Below, piece after piece: positions 56,068 through 64,000 of a stretch of 64,000 nucleotides of DNA. Made by a program: the position numbers and the translations under genes. The notes beneath the pieces were generated by a model. It was not told the DNA's origin. It saw nothing but the letters and a program-made list of their open reading frames with translations, and ran no database searches. Numbering within the stretch: position 1 is the first letter of the stretch; every line of letters begins with the position of its first letter. This DNA comes from a phage, in the sequence record OZ346205.1; one strand, written 5' to 3'.

Positions 56068-56550
56068 CTAACAGAAGAGAATAAACACCATGAAACAGAA
56101 ATTAATCGATGCAGTGATCTTGGTTATTGCCCTGGGTATTGGCCTGATTGCAACCATGTCTAATATGATCTTGTCTTCCAACGGTATCGGGTGAGGTTGG
56201 CAAATGATCACTAACAAAACAGGCAAAACGGAATTTTTACGCAACTTACAGATCGGCAAGCCTGAGATCTGGTACTGCACTAAAACACCGCGTGACGAAA
56301 TGGCTTCAAAAGGGGTCATGAACGAATAAACGGCATCATCATCTGCTTCAGGGAATGCTCCCAAAGACTTCATGTCTGAGCCCTTGACAAATACAAGGTT
56401 TTGATCAAAAGCTTCTTGGGGATCAATCCGATACATATTTCGTAGAATATCGCTTACCTCCTCATCAAGAGGTGAGTATGCTGTGCACGTTTTTCCGATC
56501 AAGCTTTGAGAATCAGGGTATCCACCTGAAGTTTTAAAATAAACAATCAT
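56068..56550 (-). CDS. hypothetical protein; 3' extent uncertain
   Basis: RBS GAGGTGA before the ATG at 56550; N-terminal about 75 residues look protein-like, the remainder is Cys/Pro-rich and overlaps plus-strand small ORFs. Confidence 0.35.
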   Translation of the reverse strand: MIVYFKTSGGYPDSQSLIGKTCTAYSPLDEEVSDILRNMYRIDPQEAFDQNLVFVKGSDMKSLGAFPEADDDAVYSFMTPFEAISSRGVLVQYQISGLPICKLRKNSVLPVLLVIICQPHPIPLEDKIILDMVAIRPIPRAITKITASINFCFMVFILFC

Positions 56551-56640
56551 ATAGTATCACCTCTGGTAAGAGATGGGATTCCTTTCCCACAAATAATTAC
56601 AAACCTTCCTTATCGAGGAAGTATGCTAATCCAAGCAGGA

Positions 56641-56910
56641 TTATTCCTCTACAATCTCATACACATCAGGAGTTACAATCAACTCTTCTCCGTTACCCGG
56701 TGCAATAAACACCACCAAACCTTCAGGTGTGTGCTTTTTAGCCATCTCGATAACATCTTCCCGCAGGGCTGGCTCCATCAGATCAAAACCTTCACCCAGG
56801 GCATCACGAACCACCTTCATATAGTCCACTGGTTGTGCTTCAACAATCATGCCTTCAACCAGACCACAATTTTTGTCTGCCAGCTCAGTTTTGAATAATT
56901 TAATTTTCAT
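56641..56910 (-). CDS. hypothetical acidic protein (89 aa)
   Basis: RBS GAGGAGACC before the start. Confidence 0.5.
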   Translation of the reverse strand: MKIKLFKTELADKNCGLVEGMIVEAQPVDYMKVVRDALGEGFDLMEPALREDVIEMAKKHTPEGLVVFIAPGNGEELIVTPDVYEIVEE

Positions 56911-57047
56911 TTAGAGGTCTCCTCAATTATTTGATATTAATAGCCGTAACCTAACACATTAACTACAACTGCGATTGCAAACATAATTTCAAAGCATGCA
57001 ATCTCTACATTTGGGACTAATTTCTTGATCACACCCATTGTAGCACC

Positions 57048-57365
57048 TCATTCTCTAAAGTCAATCTTTACTTTGCCTTTCCCCTTACCTTTCTTTCCAC
57101 CGCATTTAGCCAGTTGACGTGCTGCAACATCTACCATACGGTCAGTTGCCTCGTAAGCATCACTGCCTTTAGCTTTGGCAATAACTTCTTTTCCAGAATT
57201 GTCAAAAATGAACGCCATAACTTCCTGGTGATCATTTTCAACTTTTACACTCACACGTGCATAGTTGGCAGAGGGATGCAAACGCTCCAGCTTAGACATT
57301 TTGTGGGAAATGAAAGACACCATACCTTCAGGGATTTCTACGTTGCCAGTGATTTCAATTTGCAT
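57048..57365 (-). CDS. hpf: ribosome hibernation promoting factor / RaiA (YfiA)-like protein (105 aa)
   Basis: MQIEITGN.VEI...KLE...V.VKVE...G.EVIAKAKG.D.Y.A.D...ARQL.K aligns along its length with the bacterial HPF/YfiA pattern as recalled. Confidence 0.7.
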   Translation of the reverse strand: MQIEITGNVEIPEGMVSFISHKMSKLERLHPSANYARVSVKVENDHQEVMAFIFDNSGKEVIAKAKGSDAYEATDRMVDVAARQLAKCGGKKGKGKGKVKIDFRE

Positions 57366-57447
57366 AACGTGTTCCTTTTAAAGAAGAGGGAACCAAACCC
57401 TCTTTGAAAACAATGATACTAAATCTGAAGCGTTGTGTCAACAGTTT

Positions 57448-57738
57448 TTACAGATTGTTGTCGATAGTTTTTAAAATATCCACAGCAAGATCTGCCATTT
57501 TTCGAACATACTCTGCAAACTCAACAGGATCCTTGATCAAAGAATTCACAGGGTCGTACCCTAGAGCGTTCAAAATGGCTGCAGCATCTACAACCTTCTC
57601 ATCATTTGCGAAGATCTCTCCATCAAACTTGTAGGTCCATTTTGAGTCAATCTTGGCAGGGAATGATTGGTCAACGCTTGTTACACCATCCTTTTTAAAC
57701 GCTCCGGTGTTATCAGTGTCTAGAACTAAATCCATCAT
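57448..57738 (-). CDS. hypothetical protein (96 aa)
   Basis: Track ORF. Confidence 0.45.
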   Translation of the reverse strand: MMDLVLDTDNTGAFKKDGVTSVDQSFPAKIDSKWTYKFDGEIFANDEKVVDAAAILNALGYDPVNSLIKDPVEFAEYVRKMADLAVDILKTIDNNL

Positions 57739-57755
57739 GTTAGTACCTCACCGTT

Positions 57756-58154
57756 TCAGTTTAGCTTTTCTTCAACAACCCCATAGCTCGGGACAGAGTC
57801 AAGAGCTTTCTGGTTTAAAAGTGGTGTAGCAGAATCTGCAAACGGTGTCCAAGTTTTTGTTCTGGCGTTCCAGTAATGCTTCACTCTGGAATCTGGATGC
57901 ACTATAACAAAAACTTTTTCACTTGTCAACACATTAATTTCTTCCACACCCCTGCTGATAATTTCTCCGTCATATCCCCCGGTCTGGTATCCTTCGTACC
58001 AGGTTCTTGCATAGGCATAGCCAGCCTGCCAGCATGCAGCCTCCTCCGAGGTGGAGACTACGTAGAAGTCTTTCTCAAATTCTGGGATACGCCCTTGCTT
58101 TACGCTCCAAGCTCCGCGAATTTTCATTGTAACTTTGAATAGTTTATTTTTCAC
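57756..58154 (-). CDS. hypothetical protein (132 aa)
   Basis: Track ORF. Confidence 0.5.
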   Translation of the reverse strand: MKNKLFKVTMKIRGAWSVKQGRIPEFEKDFYVVSTSEEAACWQAGYAYARTWYEGYQTGGYDGEIISRGVEEINVLTSEKVFVIVHPDSRVKHYWNARTKTWTPFADSATPLLNQKALDSVPSYGVVEEKLN

Positions 58155-58166
58155 AACGGTTACCCA

Positions 58167-58421
58167 TCACAGTTCTACAATATCTGCATCTGACCCTGCC
58201 CCAAAGGCATAATAGGACTCTTCCCCGAAATAATATTCCGGTGCACCAGCAGCGATCAGGTCTGATCCCAAAATGAATACCACGTTGTGGCCTACATAGC
58301 TGTGATTTTGCCGCACAGGATCATCCCACGGCAACCCTTCGAAGTATACCGCAGGGACGACCTTTCCTTTCAGGAAGGATTGCCCCAAGTAGACGTTAGA
58401 ATCAAGAATTTTAACCTTCAT
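58167..58421 (-). CDS. small protein, paralogue family B (84 aa)
   Basis: MKVK.L...G...GKV...DLIAAGA... acidic C-terminus; paralogue of 58411-58638 and 62068-62301. Confidence 0.5.
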   Translation of the reverse strand: MKVKILDSNVYLGQSFLKGKVVPAVYFEGLPWDDPVRQNHSYVGHNVVFILGSDLIAAGAPEYYFGEESYYAFGAGSDADIVEL

Positions 58422-58638
58422 GATCGTCCTCCACTATCTCTACATCCTCACCTAGGGCAAAGTTGTAGGTCCACTGACTGTCAAAGCATTCCTGAGATGC
58501 ACCAGCGGCAATAAGATCTGCCCCTTTTATTTTTAAAAGGTCAGGGTAATCTTCGTTAGGGACAGCAGTAAACACTTTCCCTACTAAAGGCTCCTGACCA
58601 ATATAGAAGCTTGAATCTAAAACTTTAACTTTCATCAA
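58411..58638 (-). CDS. small protein, paralogue family B (75 aa)
   Basis: Shares MKVKVL and DLIAAGA motifs. Confidence 0.5.
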   Translation of the reverse strand: MMKVKVLDSSFYIGQEPLVGKVFTAVPNEDYPDLLKIKGADLIAAGASQECFDSQWTYNFALGEDVEIVEDDHEG

Positions 58639-58922
58639 CGGTCTCCATCAGGTGGTTGTGGGACGTAAACACTGTTACGAATATCGTCCGCAGTATAGTA
58701 ATAAGTGTCTCCAACCCTATCTCTGGCTGCAATGTACTCTGCTATACCAATAAGTGCCATTGATTTGGTGGCGTATCTTCCCCACTCGTTAGCTCCCCAG
58801 TAGAATTTAGACCAGTAGGGAATAATACCGAACAAATATACCTTTTGACGAACTTCCCAGTAAGTGCCTTTTCCGACAAGTTTAAACTCTACTTCACTAC
58901 TGTTAATCTTTTTCATTATCAA
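58635..58922 (-). CDS. hypothetical protein (95 aa)
   Basis: Track ORF; ATGA overlap. Confidence 0.45.
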   Translation of the reverse strand: MIMKKINSSEVEFKLVGKGTYWEVRQKVYLFGIIPYWSKFYWGANEWGRYATKSMALIGIAEYIAARDRVGDTYYYTADDIRNSVYVPQPPDGDR

Positions 58923-59215
58923 TCTCCCTCTACCGTGGTCGGATTGTCAGTAAGAAATTGAGCATTGGCTGGAGGCACGCCTGACATTTTCCACACAACC
59001 ATAAGTTTGTAACCAGGAACTCTATTAAGTGCAGATCGAGTAGAGTTTGTGCACGTATACTTTCGCTTTCCAAACCCGTTCTCCATCATAATCCAGTACC
59101 CAGTATCTTTGTCACCAGGTATCGGTAGACCACCTTCATCAACCCACTGAATGGACCACGGCACGATGGCTACAGCTTTATATTTAAACTTTTTAAACCA
59201 CTCAAAAAGTTTCAT
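58919..59215 (-). CDS. hypothetical protein (98 aa)
   Basis: Track ORF. Confidence 0.45.
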   Translation of the reverse strand: MKLFEWFKKFKYKAVAIVPWSIQWVDEGGLPIPGDKDTGYWIMMENGFGKRKYTCTNSTRSALNRVPGYKLMVVWKMSGVPPANAQFLTDNPTTVEGD

Positions 59216-59310
59216 AATTCAGCCTCGCATAGACATAATCACTATAAACAGGCAAACAATGAATCCGAATGCCACGCCACCCATAAACGTTAATATTGAT
59301 GCAATCATAG

Positions 59311-59508
59311 TCAATCAGCCTCGCTTGGCAACTCTTCTACCTTAACATGCCGAAAAGTGTTACCGTAATGGTTGATCCATGACATCAGCTCGCTTTCTTG
59401 CTCTTCCTCTGGGATGAACTCTCGAATGCTGACAAGTTTTAAGAAAACCCAATCACAATCTGCACCCATTCTACCAGACAGGCAATAGTGCTTCATAAAA
59501 CCCCCCAC
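59311..59508 (-). CDS. hypothetical protein (65 aa)
   Basis: Track ORF. Confidence 0.4.
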   Translation of the reverse strand: MGGFMKHYCLSGRMGADCDWVFLKLVSIREFIPEEEQESELMSWINHYGNTFRHVKVEELPSEAD

Positions 59509-59513
59509 CTGGT

Positions 59514-59708
59514 TTAGAATATTGCTTCTTCCATTGCACCTGAGAGCAACAAAGAGGTGATCTGGCTAACATTCATCTCAGACTCTACTTCCTCCCCTTT
59601 GAAAGGTTCGCGGCAGAATAGGACTGTTTCAGGACTTTTACTTCGAACAATATAATACAAATCATTCAATGTGTTGTAGTAATAAGTGTTAAAACGTAAG
59701 TTTTTCAT
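59514..59708 (-). CDS. hypothetical protein (64 aa)
   Basis: Track ORF. Confidence 0.4.
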   Translation of the reverse strand: MKNLRFNTYYYNTLNDLYYIVRSKSPETVLFCREPFKGEEVESEMNVSQITSLLLSGAMEEAIF

Positions 59709-59992
59709 TTTCTAGTCCCCTTCTTAGATTTTTGTGTAGAAACGCTTTCTGCAATACGAGACAAACGTTCTTCTGAAGCCTTGCCTATTCCAGGTTTTTT
59801 GAGTGGGTTATCTTTATGACCACAATCCAATTGGATATTGGATACCTCTCCAACCTTGTAAGTCAATTCTAGCAAAAGGTTGTCGTCCTTGTCAAATGTT
59901 CTTACGATAAATTTTTTATCGTTCTCCTGAACTTCGTATCGGGTACCCGCAGTATACAGCATGGTGCCATCCGCATAGGATATCCAGATCAT
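59705..59992 (-). CDS. hypothetical protein (95 aa)
   Basis: Track ORF; overlapping stop/start. Confidence 0.45.
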   Translation of the reverse strand: MIWISYADGTMLYTAGTRYEVQENDKKFIVRTFDKDDNLLLELTYKVGEVSNIQLDCGHKDNPLKKPGIGKASEERLSRIAESVSTQKSKKGTRK

Positions 59993-60336
59993 TGAACCTC
60001 CTTCTGCTGCAACAGCATTAACTCTTTGTTGGAGATTTTTACTGCTGTTTTTATTGTTCCATCTTCACGAAACCACGACCAGAACTCTACAGTGTCACCA
60101 CTATCAAGTAAAGCATGCCCATGGTAAAAATCTTTGTCCTTAGACAGTTTCTCATCTATATCTGCATCAACACATTCGTGATCCATAGCATTTTGCCTGA
60201 ACGCATCGGTTATGCCAATGCACGCCTTGCTCTCAAGACTGGTATATCCGATATCTTTTAATTCAGTTTCCCAAGTCCAGTACCCTATAAAAGCTAAAAC
60301 AGCTACCCACAGTAATAACGTTTTAATCTTTGGCAT
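59989..60336 (-). CDS. secreted or membrane-anchored hypothetical protein (115 aa)
   Basis: N-terminal hydrophobic signal/anchor KTLLLWVAVLAFIGYWTW. Confidence 0.5.
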   Translation of the reverse strand: MPKIKTLLLWVAVLAFIGYWTWETELKDIGYTSLESKACIGITDAFRQNAMDHECVDADIDEKLSKDKDFYHGHALLDSGDTVEFWSWFREDGTIKTAVKISNKELMLLQQKEVQ

Positions 60337-60398
60337 TCTCTCTACCTCTTTCTTAGTTTATTTCACTATGGCACATCCTTTGTGCCATATCTCAACTA

Positions 60399-60869
60399 CT
60401 ACTTAAATAGTAGTTCAAAATAGTGCAAAATTAACAGAAGTTGAACTACACCTAGTGCAACGGCGAGTATGTTAATCTTAGAATCGAAAAACTTCTTAAC
60501 TTTTACTCTAAAAGGTTCCTTAATGTCCTTTACGATCCTATCTATAGATGACCTCATATCTCTGATTACCATCCTGAACATTAAAGACGGATGCTCCCCC
60601 ATCTCTGTAACGGAATCAAAAACATACTCTCTTCGGTCATAAGGGCCGCCAGCTCTGCGTATTAACCTCTCCACAGAGACTTCGAACGTCACACCTGTAA
60701 CGTAATCATCTATAACAAGTCGTGACGGGTCTTTACCTTTACTATCAAGAGGTATCAAAGTTATCTTTCCAGATTTTGTTAAAATTTCCCCTTTTTCAAG
60801 CAAGGTGTACCAATGCTCTCTGCCAAGACTGTTGAGGCACGTTTTTACATATTTAACAAACATCGTCAC
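60399..60869 (-). CDS. hypothetical protein (156 aa)
   Basis: Track ORF. Confidence 0.5.
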   Translation of the reverse strand: MTMFVKYVKTCLNSLGREHWYTLLEKGEILTKSGKITLIPLDSKGKDPSRLVIDDYVTGVTFEVSVERLIRRAGGPYDRREYVFDSVTEMGEHPSLMFRMVIRDMRSSIDRIVKDIKEPFRVKVKKFFDSKINILAVALGVVQLLLILHYFELLFK

Positions 60870-61069
60870 CCCTCATCGCACGTCTGATATAACCACTCTA
60901 TAAAATCTTGATACCATTCGCCCTCTGAGCGCTCCGTAGGCCAATAATCTTCACCCTCTCGTGCATTAAAATCTGAGTATTCAACTTTCCACTCCTTTAC
61001 CAGCTCGTGGAGAAGGTTTTCAGCCTGCTCTAAAGATTTATTTTTTACCATTGCTGTCTCCTTTTTCAA
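60866..61069 (-). CDS. hypothetical protein (67 aa)
   Basis: RBS AAGGAGA before start. Confidence 0.45.
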   Translation of the reverse strand: MKKETAMVKNKSLEQAENLLHELVKEWKVEYSDFNAREGEDYWPTERSEGEWYQDFIEWLYQTCDEG

Positions 61070-61134
61070 GATAGTTATACATCAGAACTGCACCACCTAA
61101 GATGGCTACCAGTAACAATACCCCAGATAGCATC

Positions 61135-61287
61135 TCAATAAACATGGCTTGAAACACTGGAAGGCCTCCCTAAATTAACGCACCATTTTAAATACATGCT
61201 CTTTTCCCATAAAGGTGCCTGGCTAAGATCTGCGTAGAACGCAATCTCTTTAAGAACAGTATAAACAGTTTTAGGTGCGGTCTCCAT
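61135..61287 (-). CDS. small hypothetical protein (50 aa)
   Basis: Internal ATG of a track ORF preceded by strong RBS AAGGAGG. Confidence 0.4.
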   Translation of the reverse strand: METAPKTVYTVLKEIAFYADLSQAPLWEKSMYLKWCVNLGRPSSVSSHVY

Positions 61288-61507
61288 CCCTACCCTCCTT
61301 TTTCTCCTTCCTGATATTCTTGTAGTAATCAACTAGGCACATTATTACGATGAAGATAACAACAGGCCAAAAAGGTGCAGCAGTGATGATGGTGATAAAA
61401 TCATCAAACTTCACCCTTCGTCTGGACACGATGCATACACCTGTCAAGAATACCGCTGTTATAACGGACATTACCAGGTAACCTATTAGCACAACATTTA
61501 TACTCAT
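61271..61507 (-). CDS. small membrane protein (78 aa)
   Basis: RBS GGGAGG; two hydrophobic helices. Confidence 0.45.
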   Translation of the reverse strand: MSINVVLIGYLVMSVITAVFLTGVCIVSRRRVKFDDFITIITAAPFWPVVIFIVIMCLVDYYKNIRKEKKEGRDGDRT

Positions 61508-61537
61508 TGGTCCTCCCTTTGTAGGTTAAATTGTATA

Positions 61538-62071
61538 CTACAAATGGTCGCTGAGGGTGTCAAGAAAATTATCCCGTTCTTTCTCAGAGTTTTCATGTGT
61601 GTAGCTGAAAAACATATCGAGAATAACCTTATTGATATATTCCAGCTCCTCTGTGTTCAGATGCTTAGCAGGATCTACAATGACATCCCAAATATCATAC
61701 AGACCACACTCATGATACCCATAACGCCACTCAATTGTCAAGCTGAGCGGCAAATCTTTACCTTCACAAACAACCTTCCATCTACATATGTTGGTATCTG
61801 GTCGTACCTGTGCACGGTACACCTGCACAAAATCCAATTTGAATTTGAGGTACTCGTCATACAATTTAAGCACAAAGCTCTCGATTTGTGGAGACACTTT
61901 TGCAGCAAACTGTGCGTATTTGTACTTGCACTGGATGATCTTTCTGCGTTTTGCAGTTAAATTTTTTGCCGCCAGTTGTTCTTCAGTGTATCTCCACCTA
62001 CGATCAACAAACGCAACAGGGTCTTTGTCCCCATAGAGGTCTTCCCAGTTAATCAGAAGCATACCTGTCAC
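61538..62071 (-). CDS. hypothetical protein (177 aa)
   Basis: Track ORF. Confidence 0.5.
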   Translation of the reverse strand: MTGMLLINWEDLYGDKDPVAFVDRRWRYTEEQLAAKNLTAKRRKIIQCKYKYAQFAAKVSPQIESFVLKLYDEYLKFKLDFVQVYRAQVRPDTNICRWKVVCEGKDLPLSLTIEWRYGYHECGLYDIWDVIVDPAKHLNTEELEYINKVILDMFFSYTHENSEKERDNFLDTLSDHL

Positions 62072-62301
62072 TCCTCCACAACTTCAAGGCCTTTACCGCC
62101 TCGCTCTGGCAGATTACTTAAAGATAGGTAATACATATAATCAGGAGAGATCCTGCCAGACTCTGCACCTGCAGCTAGTAAATCCTTCCCTTTAACCAGG
62201 ACAACATTCTCGTTTGCAGATAGCCGTTTTGCTTCCACAATTTTACCAACACAGTCAACCAAGGAAGGGTACCCTAAATCTGTAAGAAATTTAACTTTCA
62301 T
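62068..62301 (-). CDS. small protein, paralogue family B (77 aa)
   Basis: MKVKFL...GK...KGKDLLAAGA...EVVEE. Confidence 0.5.
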   Translation of the reverse strand: MKVKFLTDLGYPSLVDCVGKIVEAKRLSANENVVLVKGKDLLAAGAESGRISPDYMYYLSLSNLPERGGKGLEVVEE

Positions 62302-62338
62302 GCTACCTCCTACCTACCGTCCCTGGTAAGATAAATTA

Positions 62339-62737
62339 TTACTGAACAGAGCGCGGTGCTGGGAAGGATAACTCTTCTAAAGAGAAGATTTCATTTCCTA
62401 CCACCCAAGTTGCTGGGTCATCTGGATCAACAGGTTGGATAATCATTACCTCATCCGCCTCGCACACACGTTTCCCACCCATAGTAGCGTCAGCCACTAA
62501 CATACGCGGCTCTTCAGAAATGCACAGGTAGCCACCTCGGCCCACTGTTCCTTCCACGGGATCCTGCCCTTTGACCACAATGAATACCTTCTCTCCTGTG
62601 GAGATATTACTTTTCACACTAACAGTTTGACCAACTTTAGATGTACCGATCTTGGTGGCTTCAAACATTAAATCCCGAATTACTGTTGCATAGTTGCCGG
62701 ACACTTTCTTACCTTCTTTAGTAATCTCAATCTTCAT
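62339..62737 (-). CDS. hypothetical protein (132 aa)
   Basis: Track ORF. Confidence 0.5.
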   Translation of the reverse strand: MKIEITKEGKKVSGNYATVIRDLMFEATKIGTSKVGQTVSVKSNISTGEKVFIVVKGQDPVEGTVGRGGYLCISEEPRMLVADATMGGKRVCEADEVMIIQPVDPDDPATWVVGNEIFSLEELSFPAPRSVQ

Positions 62738-63009
62738 AATCTAGGCTCCTTAAATGAATCTATGTAATCAATTAAATCCCAAGCATCGCGATGGGCTGTC
62801 AGAGGGTATACTTCTCCGAGAGGGATCATAGCAATAAGTCTATCAAAAACCCAGTCTGGACGCAACATTTTATGGTGATATTCCCACTCACCTTCCACAG
62901 ATTTTTTCTGAGTGATCAGGATCTCTGTGTAGTGTTTCGCCTGTCTTGAGTAGATTGAAAATGACTTGTACATAAATGACCCCCTCTTGTTGAAAACAAC
63001 AATACACAA
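62734..63009 (-). CDS. hypothetical protein (91 aa)
   Basis: Track ORF. Confidence 0.45.
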   Translation of the reverse strand: MCIVVFNKRGSFMYKSFSIYSRQAKHYTEILITQKKSVEGEWEYHHKMLRPDWVFDRLIAMIPLGEVYPLTAHRDAWDLIDYIDSFKEPRL

Positions 63010-63324
63010 CTACCAGGTTACTGTCAAGTAGGCAACCGTATTATTTTTCTCTGGGGAGATGCCAACAACATCTACCTGCAGACCTCCTGCCCTTAAATCT
63101 CCAACAATGTGCGGGAAGTAATCTGAGAGATGCGAGGGTAGATTTATCGAAAATCCGCACCCCAGAAAGCCTGCTAACGCTTTATTTTGTATCTCCCCTA
63201 CAATCGCATCATAAATGGAGTTAAGCTCGTCAGGGAGTGTTACAGGGCGTTTTAGCGCTAGCTGGTGTAATTTGTCCTTAGCACTCATTTTCATTTCAGG
63301 TCTACCTCTGGGGGTGCCAACCAC
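63010..63324 (-). CDS. hypothetical protein (104 aa)
   Basis: Track ORF. Confidence 0.45.
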   Translation of the reverse strand: MVGTPRGRPEMKMSAKDKLHQLALKRPVTLPDELNSIYDAIVGEIQNKALAGFLGCGFSINLPSHLSDYFPHIVGDLRAGGLQVDVVGISPEKNNTVAYLTVTW

Positions 63325-63824
63325 ATAAACGGCGGCAAGTCTAAACGGTTTTTCTTATCCCACACAAAATATGCATATGCTTGCCCGTCAGTTCTGCCGT
63401 TTGATTGAAATGATGGACGCTTAGATATTGTGATCACAGTAGTAGGTGCATTATCAAGCCACCATTCAAATCTGGCTTTGCTTTCCAGAAAATTAAGACG
63501 CAAAAGCATAATAACTACGTCAGCATCTTTCAACGCCTTGTCTACAAACTCACGAGCCAGGCTGTATGGTGGGTTGGTGATAATACAGTCAACATGGTTG
63601 TATTCTGTATTCAGATAGTCAACACCTTCTTGTATTTCTCCCCATGCAGATCCTAACGGCATACGGGAGTAGAACACACCTGAGGCACTATTCCTGCAAG
63701 GCTCTAAGTAGGTCCAGTCTTCTGGGAACGGAATAAGGTCATACAGCCCTTCTGCACACCACTCCGGTGTCACATACTCATCGTAGGCGTTACGTTGTTC
63801 ATCAGGTTTTCTAGCACAAGTCAT
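63291..63824 (-). CDS. small N6-adenine DNA methyltransferase-like protein (177 aa)
   Basis: DCIITNPPYS (NPPY catalytic motif) and N-terminal YVTPEW. Confidence 0.55.
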   Translation of the reverse strand: MTCARKPDEQRNAYDEYVTPEWCAEGLYDLIPFPEDWTYLEPCRNSASGVFYSRMPLGSAWGEIQEGVDYLNTEYNHVDCIITNPPYSLAREFVDKALKDADVVIMLLRLNFLESKARFEWWLDNAPTTVITISKRPSFQSNGRTDGQAYAYFVWDKKNRLDLPPFMWLAPPEVDLK

Positions 63825-63842
63825 GCAAATCTCCAGATCATA

Positions 63843-63864
63843 AAAGCCCTCCGAAGAGGGCTTT
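63843..63864 (-). terminator. hairpin terminator between consecutive minus-strand genes
   Basis: AAAGCCCTC-cgaa-GAGGGCTTT. Confidence 0.5.
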
Positions 63865-63875
63865 AGAATTAATGT

Positions 63876-64000
63876 TTAAGCTTCTTCGACAATTCCTGCA
63901 CCCAGGATTTTTTCATTGAGCTCTTTTGCTGTTTTAATAATATTGTCCACCAGACGCTTGCGAGTCTTATCTTTCACCTTAACCTCTTCACCGCCGTTCA
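63876..64000 (-). CDS. partial CDS (C-terminal part only; gene continues beyond the window)
   Basis: Open minus-strand frame from the window edge to a stop at 63876-63878. Confidence 0.4.
   Translation of the reverse strand, partial: NGGEEVKVKDKTRKRLVDNIIKTAKELNEKILGAGIVEEA

Noticed and set aside
56089-56163. A 34-aa membrane peptide first read at 56089
   Set aside because: On re-reading the sequence the frame gives a 24-aa Cys-rich peptide (MKQKINRCSDLGYCPGYWPDCNHV); too short and uncertain to call as a feature, though it has a cassette-like leader.
1-64000. Prophage integration module or transposable elements
   Set aside because: No integrase, recombinase, transposase, attachment-site-like tRNA fragment or terminal inverted repeats of an insertion sequence were recognised; the gene content fits a virulent phage.

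Overview
This 64 kb window reads as one contiguous segment of a large virulent tailed dsDNA phage genome (Caudoviricetes); no integrase, transposase, rRNA, tRNA or CRISPR array was found. All calls rest on reading the sequence and the supplied ORF track, using motifs recalled from memory; no database search or folding was run. Layout: (1) 1-13633, plus strand, a virion/tail-fibre module with two paralogous fibre genes, a 581-aa fibre-like protein and a 1878-aa protein carrying a Big_2 Ig-like domain; (2) 13681-20907, minus strand, small genes plus a HAD-like phosphatase, a tandem triplicated 87-aa family and a vWA/HExxH protein; (3) 20987-47045, plus strand, a replication and host-takeover module: MoxR-like AAA+ ATPase, SleB-like cell-wall hydrolase, rIIA-like GHKL ATPase and rIIB-like protein, Pif1/RecD/Dda-like helicase, two DNA methyltransferases, toprim primase-helicase, a family A DNA polymerase interrupted inside motif C by a 276-nt intron-like insert, SSB with a DDDIPF tail, and a macro-domain protein; (4) 47046-48127, a structured non-coding hub with tandem repeats; (5) 48128-56012, plus strand, about 20 tiny ORFs each behind its own sigma70-like promoter, 5' hairpin and conserved leader; (6) 56068-64000, minus strand, small genes including an HPF/RaiA-like ribosome hibernation factor and a small NPPY methyltransferase. 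The most notable observations are the intron-split polymerase, the promoter-hairpin cassette array, the non-coding repeat hub, a 27-bp inverted repeat that duplicates a start module on opposite strands, and the phage-borne HPF homologue.
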